From assembly GCA_018812355.1 (NCBI GenBank), contig JAHJDQ010000150.1, positions 1 to 38,076 on the forward strand: a stretch of 38,076 bases of DNA, written 5' to 3'. How positions within the stretch are numbered: the first letter of the stretch is position 1; each line of letters starts with the position of its first letter. Positions 18,032 through 26,804 of the stretch are shown in pieces. Made by a program: the position numbers and the translations under genes. This DNA comes from Nanobdellota archaeon (GTDB taxonomy: Archaea; Nanobdellota; Nanobdellia; Woesearchaeales; GW2011-AR9). Under the pieces are notes generated by a model. The model worked only from the letters and a program-made list of their open reading frames with translations, had not been told where the DNA came from and made no database searches.

Positions 18032-18679
18032 CTATATAAACTTTGTGGAACTTTTTTTGGTTTTTTTCATTTCAATCATTTTGAACACATCTCTCCAGGC
18101 TAGATTTTTCTCTGTAATTATCTGAAGACGACTTTTTTTAATCGTGCCTAGAGTGTCTCGATTAATATTAAAACCAAATAAAGATCTAGTAAAAGGATTA
18201 TGTAACCATTGAAATAGTGCCATTAGTCTGTTCTTACTTAAAACATGTTCCAAAAGTAGTATCCTCCCTTCTTTCTTGAGAACACGTTTCATTTCTGAAA
18301 GCACGGTTTGCTGATCAGCAACAGAACAAAGAACAAATGTGGCAACAATATAATCAAATGAATTATCGGGAAAAGTAAATTTTTCTGAGCCGACAACTTT
18401 AAATTTAACTTTGAAATTTATTTTTTCAGCCTTTTTTTCAGCTTTTTTTAACATCCCTCCACTAATATCAATTGCGGTTAATTCTACTCGGTTATGGTTA
18501 TAATAAGGCAGATTCTTACCGGTTCCTACACCAACTTCTAATACTTTTCCTTTAATATTACTCAAGAGCTTCTTCCGCCATTTACTAAAATATTTTTTTT
18601 CAATAGGTGTTTCGACAAAATCATAAATAGTTGAAAATCTGTTATACCTTTTCCCAATTTTTTTAATAGTTGTTTTCAT
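18032..18679 (-). CDS. class I SAM-dependent methyltransferase
   Basis: Motif I VLEVGVGTGKN, with post-I and motif II spacing typical of the UbiE/COQ5-like fold. Confidence 0.8.
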   Translation of the reverse strand: MKTTIKKIGKRYNRFSTIYDFVETPIEKKYFSKWRKKLLSNIKGKVLEVGVGTGKNLPYYNHNRVELTAIDISGGMLKKAEKKAEKINFKVKFKVVGSEKFTFPDNSFDYIVATFVLCSVADQQTVLSEMKRVLKKEGRILLLEHVLSKNRLMALFQWLHNPFTRSLFGFNINRDTLGTIKKSRLQIITEKNLAWRDVFKMIEMKKTKKSSTKFI

Positions 18680-18744
18680 TTGAAAATAAAAAATAATATT
18701 TTAATTCTTTACAATTACGGGAATAAAAAATAAAATCTAAACAA

Positions 18745-19074
18745 TCAACACCCCGCTAAAGAAGCTAACCTCTCTAATGGTTGTTCTCCAGGATAATTCT
18801 TCCCTTTAACACTCCAAGTAGGATATCCAGTTACTCCCGCATCTGTACAGGCATCTTTGTTTTGATCACAATCAATATAATTTACATACTGAAAAGATTT
18901 TCCAAAAGCAGCTTTCTGATTCTGACAATGACTGCACCATTCTGTTCCATACATCACGACTTCGTTCTCAGTTAAACATTGTGCTAAGGCATCATAATTT
19001 TCGGATCCTGAAGAACATCCGACAATAATCAACATCGCCAATAAACTAACCACTATCATTATTTTTTTAATCAT
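18745..19074 (-). CDS. thioredoxin-like lipoprotein (resembles the Trx-like partner domain of VKOR)
   Basis: Start moved to MIKKIM (RBS GGAGGT; the upstream 21 codons overlap the preceding gene). Lipobox IVGC. YGTEWCSHCQNQKAAFG ... GYPTW matches the Trx-like module fused to bacterial VKORs. Confidence 0.75.
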   Translation of the reverse strand: MIKKIMIVVSLLAMLIIVGCSSGSENYDALAQCLTENEVVMYGTEWCSHCQNQKAAFGKSFQYVNYIDCDQNKDACTDAGVTGYPTWSVKGKNYPGEQPLERLASLAGC

Positions 19075-19075
19075 C

Positions 19076-20509
19076 TTAACCTCCACAACCGCAGCCTCCT
19101 CCTCCGCCACCACAACTCCCTCCTGAAGGAACTTCAATATTATTTAATTCTTCCTGTACAGAATTAACATCAAGATTATCTTTAACCACAAATACTCCTG
19201 GAATCATGCCCATCCAGCAGCTCCAGGAAATTGTTCCTGTTTCTGTCGGCGTAAATTCAATTACTTGTTCTCCTTTTTTAATGTCAAACTTCAATCCTAA
19301 CTTCGGAACTTGAATCGCGTTATTACATCCATTAATTTCCTTACCTTCAATAATCCATTTTACGGGAACATCTTTTTGTAAGACAAATTTATCCGGTTCC
19401 CAACCATAACGGTTTACTTCCATTCTGATTTCTTGATAACCCTCATTTAAAACTAGTCCTCCCGTGGGGGAACTGTCCTCGCCTAAAACAGTAAAACCAG
19501 ATGTCAAAGAATTTAAATCATAACCAGAACCGGTAAGTGCTAAACCGCGATTAATCATAATCAAACCAAGAACTATTACGACAACTCCAGACGCTTTCAA
19601 GATTTTATGGGTGGCTTTCTTACTAATGATACTAGTAAGATAACCAAAACCAAGCATTACTGGTAGAGTGCCGAGAGCAAAGACAAACAATAATTTTGCC
19701 CCTTCTAACCAACTTCCCGTTCCTGCTGCCATAATATAAATCGCTTGCAATGGACCACAGGCAATCATTAAACCGTTTAACAAACCAATCACTAACGGAT
19801 TATTAGAATGGGTTTTTGATTCTTTACCAACAAACTTACTTACAAACTTAGGCATTCTTATCTGAAATTTTCTTAAAGCTGGAATCACATTCAACATTTT
19901 CAACCCGAAAATTACTAAAAATAATCCTGCTATAATTCCGGCTCCTCCTCTCATCGCCGGAGTAAAGGCAATAATACTTCCTAATAATCCAAAAGCTGCT
20001 CCAATCACAGTATAAGATATTAATTTACCAATTCCATACGATAAATGTAATCTTGCTGGTTTCTTACCTTCCTCTGCTCCTTTAGCCGTATAAGAAACCA
20101 CAAAACCGCCGCACATCCCGACACAATGAAACCCAGTCAATAAACCCACGACAAATAATAATCCATAACTCATTCCTGCACTAATTGCCGGAAGTTGAAT
20201 CTTCCCATAAATTGTCCAGGCAAAATAAATTACTAAAATAAAACCAATTCCGGCAAAAGCCCAACCTAACCAACTATTTTTCTTGTTCCCATCAAAATCT
20301 TTACACAGATAACCTTTATCTTCAATCGCTTTTTTAATCTCGCCTAAAGATACCACTGCTGGATCATACTCAATCTCTGTCTTTTCAGTAGCGTAATCAA
20401 CATCAATTCCTTTTACTCCCTTTAATTTTAAAACTTGCTTCGCAATAATCTTCTCACAACTATGACAAGTCATTCCTGCAGTTTTAATTGTTTTTTTTGT
20501 TAATACCAT
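19076..20509 (-). CDS. HMA domain + DsbD_2/TauE-like polytopic membrane domain + C-terminal cupredoxin-like domain
   Basis: N-terminal GMTCHSC. TM core with GFHCVGMCGGF. C-terminal beta-sandwich (QEIRMEVNRYGWEPDKF...SWSCWMGMIPGVFVV). Gly/Cys tail SGGSCGGGGGGCGCGG. Confidence 0.75.
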   Translation of the reverse strand: MVLTKKTIKTAGMTCHSCEKIIAKQVLKLKGVKGIDVDYATEKTEIEYDPAVVSLGEIKKAIEDKGYLCKDFDGNKKNSWLGWAFAGIGFILVIYFAWTIYGKIQLPAISAGMSYGLLFVVGLLTGFHCVGMCGGFVVSYTAKGAEEGKKPARLHLSYGIGKLISYTVIGAAFGLLGSIIAFTPAMRGGAGIIAGLFLVIFGLKMLNVIPALRKFQIRMPKFVSKFVGKESKTHSNNPLVIGLLNGLMIACGPLQAIYIMAAGTGSWLEGAKLLFVFALGTLPVMLGFGYLTSIISKKATHKILKASGVVVIVLGLIMINRGLALTGSGYDLNSLTSGFTVLGEDSSPTGGLVLNEGYQEIRMEVNRYGWEPDKFVLQKDVPVKWIIEGKEINGCNNAIQVPKLGLKFDIKKGEQVIEFTPTETGTISWSCWMGMIPGVFVVKDNLDVNSVQEELNNIEVPSGGSCGGGGGGCGCGG

Positions 20510-20546
20510 TTTGTTTTTTCAAATAAAAAAATAAAAATAAAAATTT

Positions 20547-20750
20547 TTATTCTACTTTGTAGCCCTCCTTTTTGATTGCTTGCTTAATCTTTTCAGCAGT
20601 AATCTTTTTCTCATCAAACTCAATCACTGCTTTTCCGGATTTGGCATCGATCTTACTTTTCTTAACACCTAAATCTTCCAAGGCATCTGCAATCAACATT
20701 GCACAACTATTACAGTGCATCCCTTTAATCTTTAAGTTTATTTCAGCCAT
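20547..20750 (-). CDS. copZ: copper chaperone, HMA domain
   Basis: MAEINLKIKGMHCNSC. Start moved to the ATG at 20750, behind the RBS GAGAGG. The track start at 20780 overlaps the upstream gene. Confidence 0.85.
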   Translation of the reverse strand: MAEINLKIKGMHCNSCAMLIADALEDLGVKKSKIDAKSGKAVIEFDEKKITAEKIKQAIKKEGYKVE

Positions 20751-20760
20751 GTTTTTCCTC

Positions 20761-21648
20761 TCAATTAAGTTCTGCTTCAATCACTTGCGCAAACGCTGCG
20801 AAAGGTTGTGCACCAGAGATTAGTTTACCATTAACAATAAATCCCGGAGTTCCACTAATTCCTGCTCTTTGTCCGTCAGAAAAGTCTTTTCGAACTTCTC
20901 CTGCCATTGCTCCTGAATCTAAACAAGTGTTAAATTCAGCAGTATCTAAACCAATACTCGCAGCATAACTTTTGAAAGCAGTTACTCCTCCACTAACACC
21001 ATTCTCAAACAACTTATCATGCATTTCAAAATATTTGTCTTGCTCACCAGCACATTCAGCGGCTTCTGCTGCTTTTTGGGCATTTTGATGGAAACTTAAC
21101 GGGAAGTCTCGATAAATTAATTTAACCTTACCAGTCTCAATATACTCAGATCTTAATTGTTGTAAAGTGCCACTATAAAATTTTTCACAGAATGGACATT
21201 CATAATCACTCCACTCTACTATTGTTACGGGCGCATCTTCATCTCCTTCAATTGCATCGTCATCAATTAAAGCTTCCATGTCTACGGCTGCTGCTGCTGC
21301 GCTCGGCGCATTATCTACTCCTGTCGGCAAATCGCCATCATCTGTATTAACGACAACACTTCCATCAGGAAGTTTCACAGCAATGAATAACAACAAAGCA
21401 ATCTGCACAATTACTGCAGCTGCTAAAAATTTCTGAAAACTGTTTAAACCTTTATCCGAACAACATTCTTTTTTCTCAGCAACCCGATGATGTGGTTTAT
21501 GGTGTTCTGGCTTGTGTTTTTTTCCTTCATGATATTCATGAATTTTTTGCTCATGTGGTTTGTGTTCTTTATGTTCTGGAACATGATGTCCCTTATCTTC
21601 AGAGGGCTTATGCTCATGTTCGCCTCCTTCTTTTTCAAAATGTGTCAT
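20761..21648 (-). CDS. membrane-anchored DsbA-like oxidoreductase with a His-rich N-terminal tail
   Basis: About 65-aa His/Lys/Glu-rich tail (HEHKPSEDKGHHVPEHKEHKPHEQKIHEYHEGKKHKPEHHKPHH) plus a CC pair, one TM helix, and a DsbA domain with CPFC. Paralogue of 2813-4375. Confidence 0.8.
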   Translation of the reverse strand: MTHFEKEGGEHEHKPSEDKGHHVPEHKEHKPHEQKIHEYHEGKKHKPEHHKPHHRVAEKKECCSDKGLNSFQKFLAAAVIVQIALLLFIAVKLPDGSVVVNTDDGDLPTGVDNAPSAAAAAVDMEALIDDDAIEGDEDAPVTIVEWSDYECPFCEKFYSGTLQQLRSEYIETGKVKLIYRDFPLSFHQNAQKAAEAAECAGEQDKYFEMHDKLFENGVSGGVTAFKSYAASIGLDTAEFNTCLDSGAMAGEVRKDFSDGQRAGISGTPGFIVNGKLISGAQPFAAFAQVIEAELN

Positions 21649-21712
21649 TTTTTCTTACCTCAAATTAATTTTCAATTAATTCTCTCTTGCTCCTTTATTA
21701 ATATTATTATTT

Positions 21713-21934
21713 TTAATTGATTATTTTTTGCATCATCACTTTGTAACCTTCTTCCTCAATTCCATCTCTAATTCTGTTTGGAGTTAAATGTCTATCATCA
21801 AAGTCCACTCTTACTATGCCCTTATCTTTATCTGCTTTACTTTTCTTAACTCCTAAATCTTCCAAAGCATCACTAATTAATATTTCACAACTATGGCAAT
21901 GGATGCCATCAACCCTAAATATTGCAGTTTTCAT
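21713..21934 (-). CDS. second HMA-domain metallochaperone
   Basis: MKTAIFRVDGIHCHSC, with the ferredoxin-like HMA length (73 aa). Confidence 0.85.
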   Translation of the reverse strand: MKTAIFRVDGIHCHSCEILISDALEDLGVKKSKADKDKGIVRVDFDDRHLTPNRIRDGIEEEGYKVMMQKIIN

Positions 21935-22014
21935 TTATCACCACCCATTTTGTTTTTATTTATGTACCAAATAATCACCCCAATTAAAGCTATAACTAAT
22001 ATTAGTCCAAACAT
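21931..22014 (-). CDS. 27-aa hydrophobic peptide (not in the ORF track)
   Basis: MFGLILVIALIGVIIWYINKNKMGGDK. Strong RBS GGAGGGGGG about 5 nt upstream. Its TGA overlaps the next ATG (ATGA). Confidence 0.35.
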   Translation of the reverse strand: MFGLILVIALIGVIIWYINKNKMGGDK

Positions 22015-22027
22015 TTTCCCCCCTCCT

Positions 22028-22501
22028 TCAAGCAAACCTCGACTTGCCTGCTTCTATCTCCGCAGTTTTAATAACTACATTCCCATCTTCAATTGTATGA
22101 CTGAGATAACTCGGCCAGCACCCATAACCTTTATTCTTTGATCCTAAACCGTCAATACTAAACACTCTTCCACAATTATTACATTTAATATCCCTGCCTT
22201 GTTGGACATAACCTTTATAGCCGCCGCAAACATCACAAGCATCGAAAGCAGTTCTTACTTTACCATCCGAACCTCTTACTGCAAAGTATGTTATTGTAAC
22301 ACCATTAGCATCATAATTATATTTCTTGACTGTATTAGTAACATCGTCTAATGGAATCTTAACTACATCATCACCAACAAAATTACTATCTTCAATTGCT
22401 GCACCTGTAACACTATTATTAGTATCACTCCCAGAACAACCAACAATAGCAATTAAAGCTAACATCATCAATCCAATCATAATTTTTTTAATCATTTTCA
22501 C
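22028..22501 (-). CDS. lipoprotein with a DUF2318-like four-Cys domain
   Basis: Lipobox IVGC. FDACDVCGGYKGYVQQGRDIKCNNCGRVFSIDG gives a CxxC...CxxC pattern as in COG4393/DUF2318 proteins. Assignment is from memory. Confidence 0.5.
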   Translation of the reverse strand: MKMIKKIMIGLMMLALIAIVGCSGSDTNNSVTGAAIEDSNFVGDDVVKIPLDDVTNTVKKYNYDANGVTITYFAVRGSDGKVRTAFDACDVCGGYKGYVQQGRDIKCNNCGRVFSIDGLGSKNKGYGCWPSYLSHTIEDGNVVIKTAEIEAGKSRFA

Positions 22502-22532
22502 ATAAACCTCTCTACTTTCAAGAATGAAACGC

Positions 22533-22562
22533 TTTATAAAAGATGTAGTGAAACTAGTTTCA
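22533..22562 (-). promoter_or_regulatory. TATA box plus a perfect 14-nt palindrome (candidate operator) upstream of 22028-22501
   Basis: On the - strand, TGAAACTAGTTTCA (22549-22562) immediately precedes TTTTATAAA (22533-22541). The ATG is about 35-40 nt further on, with the RBS GAGAGG. Confidence 0.4.
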
Positions 22563-22569
22563 GAAGTAA

Positions 22570-23049
22570 TTATTTAAGAATTATTACGTTAGTCATGCCA
22601 CGTCTTTTCCGTTCAATTAAACCTTTTCCTTCTAATCGATCCAGTAAACGGCTAACCTTAACTTTACTTAATTTAGTTTCCTTAATTAAATCACTTTGGT
22701 AAATTGAACCATCCTCTCTCAGAACAATTTGCATAATCTTTTTCTCCTCTTCATCTAAATTTTCTATTTTACTATTCAATTCTTCCTTTGACAATTTAGT
22801 TTCTTTTTTATGCAATCGTAAATCTTCTTTCATCAAGAAACTAATAAATAATCCTACTACAACTAATAATCCCATTAAACTGTAACTGATAATTTCTTGT
22901 GTGCGTAAAGTTATCTGCATCGGACAACTTGTTCCATGCGTACAAGTAGTATCAATAATTGTCTTAATTGCATTGTTGTAGGACATCACTACAAAAAAGA
23001 ATAATAAAGCAATTCCAATAATTAAAAAACCGACATGTTTATTTTTCAT
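22570..23049 (-). CDS. membrane-tethered winged-helix transcriptional regulator
   Basis: Two TM helices bracket the loop CTHGTSCPM. C-terminal MarR/TrmB-like wHTH: QSDLIKETKLSKVKVSRLLDRLEGKGLIERKRRG. Confidence 0.6.
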   Translation of the reverse strand: MKNKHVGFLIIGIALLFFFVVMSYNNAIKTIIDTTCTHGTSCPMQITLRTQEIISYSLMGLLVVVGLFISFLMKEDLRLHKKETKLSKEELNSKIENLDEEEKKIMQIVLREDGSIYQSDLIKETKLSKVKVSRLLDRLEGKGLIERKRRGMTNVIILK

Positions 23050-23998
23050 TATTCTTACTCTTCTTTACTTTCTTTATATTTTTTGCTATCTCCAGTTCGC
23101 TCAAAGGACGATTGTCCTTTGGCGTCCCAGAAATTTGAGAATTTCTCAGGACGCTAAAGATTGTACAAGCTTTACAAATTTCCTGAGCACAAGCTTGTTT
23201 ACATTTTTGACAAGTATTAATCTTAACTTTCTTCTCCTTCTTCAAATTACTTTTCATCTGTTCTTGGAACTTAACAATATTATATTTGAAATCAGGATGC
23301 TTCTTTTCAAATTCAGTAAAGATTTCCCGGTACTCTCTCCGATAAGCTTTAACTGAACACGGACAGATCCCATAATTAACTGGAAATTTCATCAACTGTG
23401 AATATCTTTTCGTTTCTGCATTCTGTAAAAAATATAACGGCTTTACTCTTTGCACAAACTTTTTCGATCGCGTAACTCCAGTCATCGGACCTTGCCGCCG
23501 AGCTAACTTAAAATCATTCCTAAACAAGTTCATCGTCATCGTTTCTGCTTCATCATCTAAATTATGACCAGTAGCTAAGAAATCAAACTTAAATTTTCTT
23601 GCATATTTATTCAACAAATACCTTTTCAAGATTCCACAAATCATACAAGAGGAATAATTATAACCTTTCTCTTTCAAAACATCTCTGATGTAACATAATG
23701 ATTTCCCAAATTCTTCCCTAAACGAAACAATATGTAATGGAATTTCATATTTCTTACACACTTCTTGTAGATTTTCTAAATTCTTTTGCGTATAAGATCC
23801 AATCTTAGCATCAATCGTAATCCCTTCAACATTAAAGCCAAGTTTATGCAGTACATAAAGCAACACAGTTGAATCTTTCCCACCAGAAACCGCTACCGCT
23901 ATCCTATCTTTATGAGTAAACAATTTATACTTTCTAATCGTATCATTTACTTTCTTCTCAAAGTACTTTTTGAATTTATTACTGGGCATTTCTGGCAT
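23039..23998 (-). CDS. PP-loop ATPase, tRNA 2-thiolation family (NcsA/TtuA-like)
   Basis: PP-loop AVSGGKDS, GHNLDDEAET, Cys ligands (CMICG, CPC), C-terminal Zn ribbon CQKCKQACAQEICKAC. Confidence 0.8.
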   Translation of the reverse strand: MPEMPSNKFKKYFEKKVNDTIRKYKLFTHKDRIAVAVSGGKDSTVLLYVLHKLGFNVEGITIDAKIGSYTQKNLENLQEVCKKYEIPLHIVSFREEFGKSLCYIRDVLKEKGYNYSSCMICGILKRYLLNKYARKFKFDFLATGHNLDDEAETMTMNLFRNDFKLARRQGPMTGVTRSKKFVQRVKPLYFLQNAETKRYSQLMKFPVNYGICPCSVKAYRREYREIFTEFEKKHPDFKYNIVKFQEQMKSNLKKEKKVKINTCQKCKQACAQEICKACTIFSVLRNSQISGTPKDNRPLSELEIAKNIKKVKKSKNNEK

Positions 23999-24140
23999 GT
24001 TTTATATTCTAGAGTAGCTATTTTATAAGTGTTTTGGAGAATTCATTTACTTTAATTTATTTTTCTTTTTTCCAGTTAAATGAAAATAATTTTCTTTTGA
24101 AATGAGAGATTTACATTTGTTTCTTAATCTTTTTGCCTCT

Positions 24141-24659
24141 TCAATTTCTATTTGTTTTAATTCTTTTTTTATTTGTTCTCCTTTCACTTGTTCTAATAGA
24201 ACGAATTCTTTCTAGTAATTCATCGAAGTAATCTTTCCCAAAGAATTGGCCATTCTTTAACCGATCATCATCAAGAACAAATCCTTTGATGATAAACTCT
24301 TTTAATTTCTTTGTGGCCCAGATTCTGAATTGAGTGGCTTTTTGAGAATTTACGCGGTACCCAACTGAGATAATAGCGTCTAAGTTATAAAACAATTGTT
24401 CTCTTTCTATGTCTCTCTTCCCTTCTTTTTGAACTATTCGAATTTTTCGAATTGTTGAACTTTCAGGCAACTCTCCTGACTTAAATATCTCTTTTAAATG
24501 ATAATTGATAGTATTTATTTCTACATCAAATAACTCTGACATCTTCTTCTGAGTAAGCCAGATATTTTCATTATGGACAAATACTTCTACTTTAATATCT
24601 CCTTGTGGGGAAGTATAAATTAGAAATTCAATTGGTTTCGCTAGTTGATTTTTAATCAT
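24141..24659 (-). pseudogene. RhuM-family protein, N-terminal half only (truncated remnant)
   Basis: WLTQKKMSELF...NYHLKEIF...AIISVGYRVNSQKATQFRIWATKKLKEFIIKGFVLDDDRLKNG...YFDELLERIRSIRTSERR matches RhuM N-termini. Full-length members are about 330 aa; here the frame ends 11 codons after SERR. Confidence 0.65.
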
Positions 24660-24768
24660 TTTTTCTCATAATAAGCTCAAAGAATTACTCCTTTATATTC
24701 TTTACCCGTACTTGTCGAGTGGGTGAGTGGGTCTTTTTTGGAGTAAAAAAGTGTAGTTTTTTACAACT

Positions 24769-25413
24769 CTACTTCCTTCTCCAATGTCTAACCAAAACAA
24801 TAACCACATAAATCAAAATAGTAGATATAGCTCCAATCAAAAACCATAAAGCAATGTCTGGCTGTTGTACACCTGTACTAATTACTTGATCCGTTGCTTC
24901 CATCGCTAATTCAGCCACTTCCGGAGCATTATCAGCAACCATTTGTTGAGAAGTCGCCATTACTTCTCTACCAGCTTCTTCAGCAAAAACAGCTTTTTCA
25001 AAAGTTCCTACTCTACCAGTAAACATCTGCACGGCCTTAATCACCGCACTTATCCCTAACGCAATCAATCCCACCGGTAAGATTCCTTTCAACTTTTCTT
25101 TCAAACCAGAAATTTTTTTAGGAGCAATAATAATATACTTATTTGCTAATTTGTAATGATTAACCTCTCTTCCTTTCGGACTGTAATGATATTCATCTAC
25201 ATCAATTAATTTTGCTTCCGTTAATTTTTGTAAATGATAATGCACTGTAGAGATAGGAATGTCTAATTCTTTCGCTACATTCGCTTCCGTCTCGTGCTCC
25301 TTCTCGGCTAAATAATTAAGAATCTTACGACTAGTATCCGAAGTTATTGTTTCTGCTAACTTCTTCGTTTTCTTTTCGTTCAAATCCACCAGTAAAAAGT
25401 TGTTCTTGGCCAT
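24769..25413 (-). CDS. ArsR-like HTH protein with C-terminal TM helices
   Basis: SRKILNYLAEKEHETEANVAKELDIPISTVHYHLQKLTEAKLI is a wHTH. Two predicted TM helices lie in the C-terminal half. Confidence 0.65.
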   Translation of the reverse strand: MAKNNFLLVDLNEKKTKKLAETITSDTSRKILNYLAEKEHETEANVAKELDIPISTVHYHLQKLTEAKLIDVDEYHYSPKGREVNHYKLANKYIIIAPKKISGLKEKLKGILPVGLIALGISAVIKAVQMFTGRVGTFEKAVFAEEAGREVMATSQQMVADNAPEVAELAMEATDQVISTGVQQPDIALWFLIGAISTILIYVVIVLVRHWRRK

Positions 25414-25480
25414 ACTAACAAAATATTTTTCTTATTTAAATAACTATTGATAATTTCAATCACAGTAAAAGTTATCATCC

Positions 25481-26452
25481 CTAAAAATCAATTGGGAAAT
25501 AGATCTGCCTAACAATAACATAAGCAATAAATAAAGCAATCAAGACAACTGCTTCCCATTTATTCAGTTTCTCATTTCTTAACAAGAAAAATAAAATGAC
25601 AAAAGCAGTAATAATCTTTACCGGTAAATCATACAACACGACCACATTCGGTACGGCATAGGTAGAGATTAACGCTCCTAAACCAATCCCAAACAAAGGG
25701 TTGGTAATATTGCTACCAATTAAAATACCTGCCGAAATACTTCCCCGTTTTTTTAGAATAGCAATTAAGGAAGTGGTTAATTCTGGTAAAGCTGAAGCGA
25801 TTCCTAAAATAATTACCCCAAAAAAAGAAGCACTGATTGGTAGAGTAGCAACTAAAACTGTCGACGCATCTAGAACTTCATCAGCAACCACCGCCATAAT
25901 AATAAAACTAAAGCCAATTAAAGAGAGGGCCCAGAAAATTCCTTTTTTACTCAAATGGTTGGTCGCTTTAAACTGTTCACTAATCTTGCTTTTTTTCAAA
26001 TAAACTAAATAACCCACATAAGCCAGTAACATAATCGCTCCTTCCAACCGAGAAATAAAACCACCTAACGAAAAAACCCAAACTAAAAGAGAAGCTGCAA
26101 TTAAACCACCCATTTCGGACAACAAGTTTTTCCTAATCACAATTATTGCTCCTACTAAACCGACAACTGGTAACACAAAATTCTGCTGAAAAATGTCTGA
26201 ACCAATATTCGTGCCAATCAATAATCCAGATAAAGTATTAAGTGTACTCGGATCTTTAACAATGTTAATACTCCCAATAATATGGGTCATAATTTCTGGG
26301 ATACTCGTGCCGATCGAAAGAACAGTTAAACCAATAAACGTTCCTGAGAAACCATAGTGGTTTGCTAATTCGATCGAATTTTTAATAATCATTGATGCTA
26401 GGAGTAAAATTATGATAAATCCAATTAAAATCGTTAGTGATTCAATTAACAT
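25481..26452 (-). CDS. Ca2+/Na+ antiporter (CaCA family, YrbG-like)
   Basis: Two alpha-repeats, GTSIPE and GSNITNP, with about 10 TM helices. Confidence 0.85.
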   Translation of the reverse strand: MLIESLTILIGFIIILLLASMIIKNSIELANHYGFSGTFIGLTVLSIGTSIPEIMTHIIGSINIVKDPSTLNTLSGLLIGTNIGSDIFQQNFVLPVVGLVGAIIVIRKNLLSEMGGLIAASLLVWVFSLGGFISRLEGAIMLLAYVGYLVYLKKSKISEQFKATNHLSKKGIFWALSLIGFSFIIMAVVADEVLDASTVLVATLPISASFFGVIILGIASALPELTTSLIAILKKRGSISAGILIGSNITNPLFGIGLGALISTYAVPNVVVLYDLPVKIITAFVILFFLLRNEKLNKWEAVVLIALFIAYVIVRQIYFPIDF

Positions 26453-26497
26453 TAAAGTAAAGAAATATAAAGACCTATTTATTATTTACTATTTACT

Positions 26498-26755
26498 ATG
26501 GAAAAATTACGTCAAAAGATCGATCAAATTGATCAACAACTATTAAAATTGCTTCAACAAAGAAAAGAGTTAGTGTTACAAATAGCTGAATTAAAGAAAG
26601 ATTCTCAACTTCCCTTAAAGCAGCCAGAACGCGAAAAAATAGTTTTAGAAAAAATAGCTCAATTAAGTGCAAAATTAGGTTTAGATCAAAAATTTACTCA
26701 AGATTTATTTAAGTTGATTATAAAAAATTCGTTACAACAACAAAAATTGCTATAA
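26498..26755 (+). CDS. chorismate mutase (AroQ class)
   Basis: 85 aa. LRQKIDQIDQQLLKLLQQRKELVLQIAELK and REKIVLEKI are typical AroQ helices. Confidence 0.75.
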   Translation: MEKLRQKIDQIDQQLLKLLQQRKELVLQIAELKKDSQLPLKQPEREKIVLEKIAQLSAKLGLDQKFTQDLFKLIIKNSLQQQKLL

Positions 26756-26804
26756 ACAATTTTTGAGCTGTAAATAAAGCTTCAACTTTATTTACAACAA
26801 CAAA

